Source of the DNA: Dendrobates tinctorius
Taxonomy: Eukaryota
NCBI RefSeq assembly: GCF_039654945.1
Contig: NW_027361991.1
Coordinates: forward strand, 186,001 to 250,000
DNA: 64,000 nt
Direction: 5' to 3'
Shown: one piece after another, positions 1 to 11,560 of the stretch
How positions within the stretch are numbered: position 1 is the first letter of the stretch
How the letters are laid out: each line of letters starts with the position of its first letter
Program-made: the position numbers and the translations under genes
The notes under the pieces: generated by a model
Databases searched by the model: none
What the model saw: only the letters and a program-made list of their open reading frames with translations
What the model was told of the DNA's origin: nothing

Positions 1-1931
1 GGTCAACATAGGAGGAATCTTACATACTCTGAAAAACAGGCATTGGATAATCTTTCAAAGAAATACTGCTATTACGATAAAAGCTGCAGATAAAGGTGGT
101 GTGGTTGTTGTTATGGATACAGACAAATACAAGATGGAGATTCTTGGCCAACTTTCTGATACTGCAGTGTATGTTAAATTGATGAGTGACCCCACCCCCC
201 GTTTTTTGAGCGAATTACGGCTTTTAGTGGATGAGTCCTTGCTTAATGGACTCATTGATCAGAAGCTGTCTGAATATTTGGTAGTGGATGCTCCCCAGAC
301 ACCAATATTGTATACGCTACCGAAAATACATGAGTTTGGAGAACCCACCTGGGCGTCCCATAGTGTCTGGGAGGGGGTCACTATGTAATAAGGTTTCGAT
401 TTTTCTTGATAAAGTATTGCGACGTTTTGCTACCTCAGCACGGTCTTATATTGTGGACACAAATGATTTTCTGCAAAAAATCAGTGACGTTAAGGTTACT
501 TCTCACATGATACTTGCATCCTTTGATGTGGTTTCTCTATATACGTCTATTGAGCATGATAGGGGTTTGGAGGCCGTCGATGTGGTGCTGACAGGCTCGG
601 ACATGGCGTCAGAGTGTGCACAGCTGGTCCTAGCACTGTTAGGTTTCATCCTCAGGAGAAATTATTTTCTCTTTGGGGATGATTATTACCTACAGTTGCG
701 CGGTACTGCCATGGGGTCCAATGTGGCCCCAACTTATGCAAACATCTATATGGCGGTATTTGAGGACCGGTATGTGTACAATTCTACCCACTGGTGCCAT
801 GTCCGGGCCTGGTGGCGCTACATTGACGATATTTTCTGTATCTGGGATGGTAGTCTGGAAGATCTTCTTGATTTTCAAAATGAATTGAATAATGTATTCT
901 CTGAGTTGAAGTTTACACTGACCTACTCTTATGATCAGGTCCAATTTTTGGATACGTTGGTTTATAAGAAAGATGAGTCTCTATATACCGATCTTTTTAT
1001 AAAAGAGACAGATAGGAATAGTCTTTTGGTGTTTGATAGTAATCACCCAAGACGAATGGTGGAGTCACTACCATGGAGTCAAATGCTACGTGTACGGAGG
1101 ATTGTTAAAGAGGATGATAAGTTGGACCTAAGATTGGATCAGATGTGTACAAAATTTATTAACAGGGGTTACCCGATGGATCGAGTTAATTCTTATAAAG
1201 TTAAGGCTCAAAATATATCGGTAGAGGATTCTAACCGTAAGCAAATCAAAGGGCCTAAGAGACGAGTTCCTTTTGTCTCAACATATTGTCCAGTTAGTGG
1301 CAGGATTGGAGGTATCTTGAACAAACATTGGAGCCTCTTACAAAAGGGTCTGCCCCAGATATCAGAATTTGTGGATAGGCCATTACTTTCATATAGACGT
1401 GGACATAATCTTAAAGATAGATTGGTAAGGTCAGATATTGGTTCATCAAAAGTCAACGTACAAAGGACAATATGTCCTCCTAAGATGGGCAATTTTCCAT
1501 GCTTGGGATGTGCCTGTTGTGGCAATATGTTAAAAGGTGACAGTTTCAATCACCCTCGAACTGGAAAAAAGTTTTCTATTAAGGAGAGGTATACGTGTTC
1601 GTCAAGTTTTGTGATTTACTTGATTTTGTGCCCATGTGGGCTTATGTATATAGGAGAGACCACTATGGAGATTAGGGCTCGCATTAGTAAGCATAAGAGT
1701 ACGATTAGGACTTATCTAGTGGAGTTGCCGATTCCGAAGCATTTTATAGAATGCAGACATTCAGTGAATCAGTTACGATTTAGAGTGATAGATGGGGTTC
1801 CTGTATTAAGACGTGGGGGTGATAGGGTTAAGATGCTGAAAAAAAAGGAGTTGAGATGGATATCGATTCTTGATACGTTGCAACCAAGGGGTTTGAACTT
1901 GGATTACAATTTGCATACTTGTGTCACCTAA
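1..1931 (+). pseudogene. Penelope-like (Neptune-type) retroelement ORF: reverse transcriptase + GIY-YIG endonuclease; cut by the window start, two frameshifts
   Basis: Frame 1 reads GQHRRNLTYSEKQALDNLSK. It shifts at ~61 to frame 2 (IKAADKGGVVVVMD...LYTLPKIH) and at ~331 to frame 3 (SLENPPGRPIVSG...FDVVSLYTSI...GTAMGS...WWRYIDD...FLD). A Cys-rich linker (FPCLGCACC) is followed by GIY-YIG (VIYLILCPCGLMYIGET...RISKH...PRGLN), stop at 1931. Confidence 0.93.
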
Positions 1932-2964
1932 TCCCTCACCTTGTGTCATTATTCTTTGTTATGGGTATATATTTACTTATGTGGCCTTTATGGTTTTTTA
2001 ATTAAATATTTTTTATTTTTTAGTGTCTATAGGTGATACATTTGAAAGAATGGAGGACACGGGGACTGAACAGTCCTGAAATTATGAAGAGGATGTTGTC
2101 CTTTTTGGATTTTGTCGTTATTTCTTGCCTGCCATTCCCCGTGCCCTCTTTTTTCTTCTTTTTCTTTTTTTCTTTTTCTTTTTGTTTTTTTTGTAAATAT
2201 GCTAGTTTTGCTCCTTATATAATGTACACATTTATGAATCTCATGAAGTATGGAATATTATTAAATTTACCATGGATATGGTTTTTTGATTCTAAATGTC
2301 TCTTATATGCTGTGGTTTTCTTGGGAGCATTTTTGGTCTATTTGTGTGGACTCATTAATTTAAATGTGGTTTTACACTTGCTCTTATTTATCAGCGCATG
2401 TGCGGGTTTACAAGGGAGTGTGGTGTGTGATCGCGCGCTCTGGGCCTCTGCGCGTGCGCGTTCCCCCCCGGTGGGCGGTTCGTGTGGCTGATTCCTCGCA
2501 TAGCACCGCGCATGCGCGGTGTTCGGTGATGGAGTCTTCACGTGACCGGACCTGGGCGGGGATGGGCGGCGCTCTCGCCGTGGCCTTGTAGCGCGCGTCA
2601 TTAGACTGCGCTCCTGTTGTGGCCTGGCTCTGGCTGATGCTGTCATATGGGGAGAGGGATCTCTGCCGATATAGGAATTTGTGAGTCCATTGGGGTTGGC
2701 GCCACTATTATGTGATTAGGGATTGGCGGTTTATATATGGATATGTGTTACTGCAAGTGATTGGTGTGCTATTTCTATGGATACCTTTGATGCATTACGA
2801 CTAGAGTTGAGCGATACCGTCCGATACTTCAAAGTATCGTATCGGATGGTATCGGCCGATCTTTAAAAAAAGTATCGGTATCGCCGATTCCGATACCGGA
2901 AGTCCCATTCAAGTCTGTGGGACTTCCGGTATCGGAATAAGAAAAACCCTTTCCTGCCCTTGTA

Positions 2965-3250
2965 CAGCCTCTCTGGGGTCTGTACGGGCCTTTCGGGGGG
3001 CTGTGCCGGCCTGCCAGGGGGTCTGTGCAGGCTCCGGTGGTCTGTGCCGGCCTGCCGGTGGTCTGTGCAGGCTCCGGGGGGCTGTGCCGGCCTGCCGGGG
3101 GGCTGTGCCGGCCTGCCGGGGGGCTGTGCCGGCCTGCCGGGGGGCTGTGCAGGCTCCGGGGGGCTGTGCCGGCCTGCCGGGGGGCTGTGCCGGCCTGCCG
3201 GGGGGGCTGTGCCGGCCTGCCGGTGGTCTGTGCAGGCTCCGGGGGTCTGT
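2965..3250 (+). repeat. GC-rich ~21-bp minisatellite (GGGGGCTGTGCCGGCCTGCCG)n, left arm
   Basis: Tandem copies are visible directly; the reverse-complement array lies at ~6065-6260. Confidence 0.9.
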
Positions 3251-3401
3251 GCAGGCATCGTCCGATGGGACTACAAGTCCCATCGGGCGATGCCTGCTAC
3301 CATGACAGTGATTGACACATTAGCCAATGATGGGACAGTAGTAGTCCCATCATCCGGCTAATGTGTTAAATGTAAAAAAAAAATAAATAAAAAAAAAAAA
3401 T

Positions 3402-4325
3402 TACATGCTACATACATACAACATGCATACTACATACATGCTACATTCATACTACATACTACATACATGCTACATTCATACTACATAAATACTACATGCA
3501 ACATACATACTACATATATACTACATGCATGCTACATACATACTGCATGCTACATACATACCACATATATACTACATACATACTACATGCATGCTACATG
3601 CATGCTACATGCTACATACATAACACATATATACTACATGCATGCTACATACATACTACATGCTACATACTACATATATACTGCATGAATGCTACATACT
3701 ACATGCTACATACATACTACATATATACTACATGCATGCTACATACATACTGCATGCTACATGCATGCTACATACTACATACATACTACATGCTACATAC
3801 ATACTACATATATACTACATACATACTACATACATACTACATGCATGCTACATGCATGCTACATACATACCACATACATAACACATATATACTACATGCA
3901 TGCTACATACATACTACATGCTACATACATACCATATACATACTACATGCATGCTACATACATACTACATGCATGCTACATACATACTACATGCTACATA
4001 CATACTACATATATACTACATGCATGCTACATACATACTACATGCTACATACATACTACATATATACTACATGCATGCTACATACTACATGCTACATACA
4101 TACTACATATATACTACATGCATGCTACATACATACCACATGCATGCTACATACATACTACATGCTACATACATACCACATACATACTACATATATACTA
4201 CATGCATGCTACATACATACTGCATGCTACATGCATGCTACATACATACTACATACATACTACATGCTACATACATACCACATATATACTACATACATAC
4301 AATACATTCATACAATACATACATA
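3402..4325 (+). repeat. Compound microsatellite of ACAT/ACT/GCT modules (e.g. CTACATACATA, CTACATGCATG), left arm
   Basis: Low-complexity tandem sequence that gives rise to the spurious His/Tyr/Thr-rich ORFs. Confidence 0.95.
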
Positions 4326-4954
4326 GACATACAGTACATATAACATAGAGTAACATACTTACCAATACTTGTCACATTGTTCCCCGAAGCCATTGTCTTT
4401 TCCGGAATAAATATTAACATAACAAACCACAAAAATACTCACCCACGATCCGAAGCAGTCCACGAGTGTGTCCCACGACGATCTTGGGTAGAGAACTGCA
4501 GCATCAGATGATGCTGCCGTTCTCTACGGGCTGCAGGAATCCAATGACGGAAGGTAGGTATCCTTCCGCACTGTATTCCTCCGCCACTTAAAAAAAAAAA
4601 AGTCCCTAGTCTCACTTTATGCCATTGCTGTGTGGGAAATTCCCACGCAGCAATGGCATAAAGTGAGACTAGGGACTTTTTTTTTTTTAAGTGGCGGAGG
4701 AATACAGTGCGGAAGGATACCTACCTTCCGTCATTGGATTCCTGCAGCCCGTAGAGAACGGCAGCATCATCTGATGCTGCAGTTCTCTACCCAAGATCGT
4801 CATGGGACACACTCGTGGACTGCTTCGGATCGTGGGTGAGTATTTTTGTGGTTTGTTATGTTAATATTTATTCCGGAAAAGACAATGGCTTCGGGGAACA
4901 ATGTGACAAGTATTGGTAAGTATGTTACTCTATGTTATATGTACTGTATGTCTA

Positions 4955-5920
4955 TGTATGTATTGTATGAATGTATTGTATGTATGTAGTATATATGTGG
5001 TATGTATGTAGCATGTAGTATGTATGTAGTATGTATGTAGCATGCATGTAGCATGTAGTATGTATGTAGCATGCATGTAGTATATATGTAGTATGTATGT
5101 AGCATGCATGTAGTATATATGTAGCATGTATGTAGTATGTATGTGGTATGTATGTAGCATGTAGTATGTATGTAGCATGCATGTAGTATATATGTAGTAT
5201 GTATGTAGCATGTAGTATGTATGTAGTATGTATGTAGTATGTATGTGGTATGTATGTAGCATGTAGTATGTATGTAGCATGCATGTAGTATATATGTAGT
5301 ATGCATGTAGCATGTAGTATGTATGTAGTATGTATGTAGTATGTATGTGGTATGTATGTAGCATGTAGTATGTATGTAGCATGTAGTATGTATGTAGCAT
5401 GCATGTAGTATATATGTAGTATGTAGTATGTATGTGGTATGTATGTAGCATGTAGTATGTATGTAGCATGCATGTAGCATGCATGTAGTATGTATGTAGC
5501 ATGCATGTAGTATGTATGTAGCATGCATGTAGTATGTATGTAGTATGTATGTAGTATGTATGTAGCATGCAGTATGTATGTAGCATGTATGTAGTATGTA
5601 TGTAGTATATATGTAGTATGTATGTAGCATGTAGTATGTATGTAGCATGCATGTAGTATATATGTAGTATGTATGTAGCATGCATGTAGTATGTATGTAG
5701 TATGTATGTAGTATGTATGTAGCATGCAGTATGTATGTAGCATGTATGTAGTATATATGTAGTATGTATGTAGCATGCATGTAGTATGTATGTAGCATGT
5801 AGTATGTATGTAGCATGCATGTAGTATGTATGTAGCATGTATGTAGTATGTATGTAGTATATATGTAGTATGTATGTAGCATGTAGTATGTATGTAGCAT
5901 GCATGTAGTATGTATGTAGT
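4955..5920 (-). repeat. Compound microsatellite, reverse complement of the 3402-4325 array, right arm
   Basis: TATGTATGTAG / CATGCATGTAG modules, in a different order and number from the left arm. Confidence 0.95.
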
Positions 5921-6064
5921 ATTTTTTTTTTTTTTTTTAACATTTAACACATTAGCCGGATGATGGGACTACTACTGTCCCATCATTGGCTAATGTGTCA
6001 ATCACTGTCATGGTAGCAGGCATCGCCCGATGGGACTTGTAGTCCCATCGGACGATGCTTGCAC

Positions 6065-6260
6065 AGACCCCCGGACATCAGCACAGCCCCCCGGCAGGCC
6101 GGCACAGCCCCCCGGCAGGCCGGTACAGACCCCCACAGGGTGCACAGACCACCGGCAGGCCGGCACAGCCCCCCGGCAGGCCGGTACAGACCCCGGGCAG
6201 TCCACACAGCCCCCCGGCAGGCCGGCACAGCCCCCCGGCAGGCCGGCAGAGACCCCCGGA
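6065..6260 (-). repeat. GC-rich ~21-bp minisatellite, right arm
   Basis: CGGCAGGCCGGCACAGCCCCC repeats, the reverse complement of the 2965-3250 unit. Confidence 0.9.
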
Positions 6261-6695
6261 AGGCCCGAAATGACGGCGCATCATGATGCGCACACACCGC
6301 GCATCATGATGACGTCAGGCCGTCAATCAACTGAACTTCCGATTCCGATGCCGAATTCCGATATTGAAAAAATATCGGAAGTCGGTATCGGAATTCCGAT
6401 ACAGCAAGTATCGGCCGATACCCGATACTTGCGGTATCGGAATGCTCAACACTAATTACGACCATTGGTGGGCTGATTTGGGGTTTGATGTTTATATATG
6501 AAATGTTTTTGTAATATTTTCAATATGATTATGATCATTATTGTTAACGATTGGATAAGCTATGTTATTGAATATACATGTAACTGATGGATGTATTTAT
6601 ATGTATTTTATATATGGATTCTTTGTGATGGGTGTTACCTACATGGTGATTGGCTGTGCCACACTATAAAAGGCCACCATATGTACTGTTATGTT

Positions 6696-6734
6696 ATACT
6701 TGAAAAAGGCCACAATATGGCCGAAACGTTGTAT
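6696..6734 (+). ncRNA. Candidate minimal type I hammerhead ribozyme of the Penelope-like element
   Basis: ATAC-TTGAAAA-A-GGCC-ACAATAT-GGCC-GAAA-CG-TT-GTAT. Stem I is ATAC/GTAT. The core is UUGAAAA (U3-A8 in place of C3-G8). Stem II is GGCC/GGCC, followed by GAAA and a palindromic AACGTT stem III. Confidence 0.65.
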
Positions 6735-6820
6735 TTTGTACTGGCAGAATAAATTTTTGATACAATTTTTCACCCAGACCGGATGCTGTTCCTCTTCCTT
6801 ATTTTGGACTTGCTGCAATA

Positions 6821-7917
6821 TGTCCGAGGATCCATCACCAGGCAGGACACACAGCTACATCGAGCAATTCCTGCTGAGGAATGTATGTTTGTCACCCTAA
6901 GGTACGTAATTTTGAAAAAAACACCTGTCATTAAAAAAAAAACACCTGTCATTAAAAAAAAACACCTGTCATTAACACCTGTCATCACCTGTCATTAAAA
7001 AAAACACCTGTCATTAATATTATTGTTCTAAAAGCCATTTAATTGTTTTTATCCCATTTTCTGTTCCGGAGATTCATGGCTACTGTAGAGACCTTATCAT
7101 CTCTACATTTTCAATACCGCATTGGAGTGTCCACGCTTTCTGGGGTTGTTGGAGACACCTGCCATGCTTTATGTGACATTCTGCATGCAGAATTCCTCCC
7201 CCAACCCACAACTGAACTCTGGCTGTAAAATGCTGCAAAATTTATGGACATTTGTAATTTGGATGGAAAACACATCGGATTAGGAAACCAGTTGGAAGTG
7301 GATCCAAGTATTTCAATTACAAAAAACACTTTTCTATTGTTCTCATGGCAATTTCAGATGCTGTCGATTTGGACATTGGCTCATTTGGACGAGGAAATGA
7401 CTCACAGACTTTCAAAAACTCTGACTTGGTCCAACGTTTGTATGGGAATAATTTCAATTTTCCACAGCCACGACCTCTTCCCAACACTGAAGGACCGCCA
7501 ATGCCGTTTGTTGTGGATGAGGCCTTTCAAACGTGTGCCAACCTCATAGAACCGTACTCAAGTCGGGACTTGGATCACACCAAATGGATTTACACCTACC
7601 GAGTGACAAGGGCACGAAGAACTGTGGAGTGTACCTTTGGATTGCTGGTATCTAAATGTCGCATTTTGGAAATAGCCATCAATGTAAAAATTGAGACAAT
7701 TGATGAGATTGTGAAAGCGTGTGTTGTTATGCACAATTACATCCTGGTGAAAGAGCGACCCAACTTAGAACTTGATGAACCTGTTCATACCACATTGCCA
7801 GATTATCAAGATCACCTTCTGAGAACTACGGTGGAAGTTGCCCAAATGAGGGATACACTTGCTTCCTACTTTGTTTCGGACACTGGACATGTGGCATGGC
7901 AAGATGAAATGGTTTAA
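6821..7917 (+). pseudogene. PIF/Harbinger (HARBI1-like DDE) transposase relic with one intron (6902-7071)
   Basis: VRGSITRQDTQLHRAIPAEECMFVTL-R joins across the intron to FMATVETLSSLHFQYRIGVSTLS. Later motifs are DGKHI, GSKYFNYKKHFSIVLMAISDA, DIGSFGRGNDS, VVDEAF and RARRTVECTFGLL...ACVVMHNYI. There is an in-frame stop at ~7226 plus deletions and frameshifts. Confidence 0.88.
6915..7015 (+). repeat. Short tandem repeat (A)nCACCTGTCAT, 6 copies, inside the Harbinger intron
   Basis: Visible directly. Confidence 0.85.
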
Positions 7918-7952
7918 GCTGCTAAAATGTACCTGTAATATTAACCTTAATA

Positions 7953-8288
7953 TCTTAATAGCTGTCTACAAATATCTAAAGGGCTGTCACATTGTAGAAG
8001 GATCAACTTTATTCTCATTTGCACAAGGAAAGACTAGAAGCAATGGGATGAAGCTGAATGGGAGGAGACACAGATTAGATATTAGAAAAAACTTTTTGAC
8101 AGTTAGAGTGATCAATGAGTGGAACAGGCTGCCACGAGAAGTGGTGAGTTCTCCTTCAATGGAAGTCTTCAAACAGAGGCTGGACAGACATCTAACTGGG
8201 ATGATTTAGCGAATCCTGCTTTGAGCAGGGGGTTGGACCAGATGGCCCAGGAGGTCCCTTCCAACTCTACGATTCTATGATTCTATGA
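7953..8288 (+). mobile_element. CR1 LINE, 5'-truncated 3' end
   Basis: ORF2 C-terminus LIAVYKYLKG...TRSNGMKL...RKNFLTVRVINEWNRLPREVV...FKQRLD, then the 3' UTR motif GGTCCCTTCCAAC and an (ATTCTATG)2 tail. Confidence 0.93.
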
Positions 8289-10399
8289 ACCTCTTTCTGC
8301 CATCTGATGTACTATCCCGTCCATGGGACCTGGGCCCCTATAGTACGTCTAGCGCGATCATGTGCGCTCACGGGGGGAGTGCAGCTGATCGCGGCCGGGT
8401 GTCAGCTGACTATCACAGCTGACACCCGGCACTATGTGTCAGGGGCGGTCACGGACCGCCCCCGATACATTATTAACCCCTGGCACACTGCGATCAAACA
8501 CGATCGCAGTGTACCGGGGGTTTAGGGAAGCATCGGAAGTGATATGTTAGCGCTATATGAAAATAAAGATTATTATTATTATTAATTCCAGCCAATTCTG
8601 CGTTGAAAAAGTCAAATGGTGCTCCTTCCCTTCCAAGCTCTGCCATGCGCCCAAACAGTGGTTTACCCCCACATATGGGGTATCAGCCTACTCAGGATCC
8701 AATTTCTCCTCTTACCCTTAGGAAAATAAAAAAATTGGGGGCAAAAATCATTTTTGTGGAAAAAAATATTTTCACGCCCGGACGTTATAAACTTCTGTGA
8801 AGCACTTGGGGGTTCAAAGTGCTCACCACACATCTAGATAAGTTCCGTGGGGGGGGGGTCTAGTTTCCAAAATGGGGTCACTTGTGGGGAGTTTCAACAG
8901 TTTCTCTCCAAACGCGACATGACACCCGCAAACCATTCCATCAAAGTCTGCATTCCAAAACGTCACTACTTCCTTTACGAGCCCCAATGTGTGCCCATAC
9001 AGTAGTTTCTCCCACATATGGGGTATCAGCGTACTCAGGACAAATTGGACAACAACTTTTGGGGTCCAATTTCTCCTGGTTCCTCTGGGAAAATAAAAAA
9101 ATTGGGGACTAAAAGATCATGTTTGTGGAAAAAATATGATTTTTTTATTTTCATGCCTGGGTGAAGCACTGGGGGGGGGTTCAAAGTGCTCACCACACAT
9201 CTAGATAAGTTCCTTAGGTGGTTTAGTTTCCAAAATGGTGTCACTTGTCGGGGGTTTCCACTGTTTAGGCACATCAGGGTCTTTCCAAACGCAACATGGC
9301 GGCCGATCACAATTCCAGCCAAATAGTCGCTTACCTCCACATATGGGGTATCAGCGTACTCAGGACAAATTGCACAATAACTTTTGGGGTCCTGTTACCC
9401 TTGGGAAAATAAAAATTGGGGGTGAAAAGGTCATTTTTGTGGAAAAAATATGATTTTTTAATTGTACGGCTGTACGTTATAAACCACATATCTAGATAAG
9501 TTCCTTGGGGGGTCTAGTTTCCAAATTGGGGTCACTTGTGGGGTGTTTCCACTGTTTGGGCATATCAGGGGCTCTCCAAAAGTGACATGGCGTCCGATCA
9601 GAATTCCAGCCAATTTTGCGTTGAAAAAATCAAACGGCGCTCCTTCCCTTCTGAGCTCAGCCATGCTCCGAAACAGTGGTTTCCCCCCCACATATCAGGT
9701 ATCAGCGTACTCAGAACAAATTGCACAATAACTTTTGCAGTCCAACTTCTCCTGTTACCCTTGGTAAAATATAAAAAATTGGACCTGAAGTAATTTTTTT
9801 GTGAAAAAAAGTTAAATGTTCATTTTTTTTAAACACTCAAAAAATTCCTGTGAAGCACTTGAAGGGTTAATAAACTTCTTGAATCTGGTTTTGAGCACCT
9901 TGAGGGGTGCAGTTTTTAGAATGGTGTCACTTTTGTGTATTTTCTATCATACAGACCCCTCAGTGTGACTTCAAATGTGATGTGGTCCATAAAGATAAAA
10001 TGGTGTTGTAAAAATGGTCAAATTTTAACCCTTATAACTTCCTAAAAAAAATTTGGTTCCAAAATTGTGATGATGTAAAGTAAACATGTGGGAAATGTTA
10101 TTTATTAAGTTTTTGTGTGCCATCTGTGATTTAAGGGCATAAAAATTCAAAGTTGGAAAATTGCAAAATTTTCAAAATTTTCGCCAAATTTTCATTTTTT
10201 TCACAAATAAACGCAAGTTATATGAATGAAATTTTACCACTAACATGAAGTACAATATGTCACGAGAAAACAGTGTCAGAATCACCGGGATCCATGGAAG
10301 CGTTCCAGAGTTATTACCCCATAAAGGGACAGTGGTCAGAATTGTAAAAATTGCCCCGGTCATTAGCGTGCAAACCACCCTTGGGGGTAAAGGGGTTAA
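8288..10399. mobile_element. Non-autonomous TTAA-associated (piggyBac-like) element with internal ~300-390-bp tandem units
   Basis: Right end GGTAAAGGGG-TTAA (10396-10399); degenerate left end AACCTCTTT. Blocks CACATCTAGATAAGTTCC (~8829, 9196, 9487) and GGGGTATCAGCGTACTCAG (~8677, 9020, 9345, 9697) recur. No coding capacity. Confidence 0.6.
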
Positions 10400-11145
10400 T
10401 ATCAATAATAAGAATTTAATAAAATACCAAAATTAGTAATTATCAAAAAGGGTTATCACCTATTCAGAAGAAAGGGAAGTCCTGAGTGCTCCAGCATTGT
10501 CAGGCAGTTTCATGCGCATGTGTGACCACCTTTTCTGTTCAAAGGGGTGACTCTGGAATCCCGATCTCATGGTCAGTGGTGATTTCCGTGATCAGACCCC
10601 CAATGATGAGATCATTTTTCCCTCTTGTACATCAATGATTAAATAAAATAATAGAAAAAAAATCAAATACGTGGAAAAAGAAATAAGGAAATGTCCTTGA
10701 CGCAAAACAGGACGCAAACTGACATCCAGCATATCTTGTTACTTGGTTAAGGGCAAAGCTTATCAGGATAGTATGTCTCCATGATTGAATGTTCAGCTAA
10801 TCTCTGTTTTTACCAAAGCCCATCAGGATCTGGACTTGAAAGCATTGCCTTATCCTAGTTTGTATATTTGTGTCAGGCCTTTTGCCGTTTCAAATGGATT
10901 GTCCAGCCACTAATAAAAATAATAAAACAAAAATTCTCAGAATTTCTTAAAAATAATAAAATGAAAAATACTTCCCTTATCCATCTCTGCAGGTCTCGTT
11001 TAATTGTTGCCCCCATTATTAACTGCTGCAGCCTAAGATGGGCTTCAGTCACGGCCATTTGGACCAATAACCAAGTACCAATATTGGCATGTATTTGACT
11101 TAGAAGTTACTATAAAAGTGGAGGATAGATCTTTGCATTGAAGAG

Positions 11146-11560
11146 TAGTGATATGCGAGGACTGCAAGGCTCGGATGCTCGATACTCATAACGAGCAGGT
11201 TTTATTGCTCGGGTGCTCGACTCAAGTAACGAACATAATGCAAGTAAATGGGAAACTCAAGGATTTTTCTGGATGACCCTCCCAGGATGTCTGGTGGGGG
11301 GCTGAAATGGAATGGGAACAGAATGGGGAAGACGCCTGGACGCATCTCTGACTACCAGGTCGCTGTTAGGAATAATGTTGTCACAGTATTACTCTACTTT
11401 TACGGACTGACAATAAAACACCCAAAACCGAAGATAAAATGGATTTTACAGGAAAAAATGTTAGGAAACATTCTTTCCAGGATAACTACTTGTATATAAG
11501 GCAAAATAAAAAAAATAATATAAACAAAATCCTGATTCCTCCTCCCACTTGGTCTATGGT
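11146..11560. mobile_element. Degenerate hAT-type MITE, left part
   Basis: Starts TAGTGATATGCGAG with repeated CTCG/CGAG subterminal motifs. A complementary-type end (...ATCACTA) lies at 21290-21381, but the flanks do not form a TSD. Confidence 0.45.

Larger units (their letters stand above)
2802..6454. mobile_element. Non-autonomous hAT-type DNA transposon with a near-complete palindromic (foldback) structure
   Basis: Perfect 8-bp TSD ATTACGAC (2794-2801 and 6455-6462). TIRs TAGAGTTGAGC / GCTCAACACTA. Many subterminal GTATCGG/CCGATAC motifs. Symmetry axis at 4639. Confidence 0.9.
1932..6820 (+). mobile_element. Penelope-like element 3' UTR / pseudo-LTR, split by a hAT-type insertion at 2802-6454
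   Basis: T-rich sequence follows the ORF and resumes after the duplicated target site. It ends with an ATTGG box (~6649), TATAAAA (~6665), a hammerhead-like motif (6696-6734) and AATAAA (6748-6753). Harbinger coding sequence begins at ~6821. Confidence 0.65.

Noticed and set aside
2033-2491. Hydrophobic 152-aa ORF resembling a membrane protein
   Set aside because: Arises from the T-rich PLE 3' UTR with a GTG start; no recognisable domain.
2863-3361. Pro/Gly/Cys-rich ORFs here and at 5998-6455
   Set aside because: Translations of the 21-bp GC minisatellite in several frames and on both strands.
3467-5950. His/Tyr/Thr-rich ORFs up to 337 aa
   Set aside because: Open in all three frames of a stop-poor microsatellite inside a transposon; no evidence of coding.
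7345-7917. Functional domesticated HARBI1/ALP1-like gene
   Set aside because: Upstream stop codon, frameshifts and deletions, and the 5' part is interrupted by a PLE.
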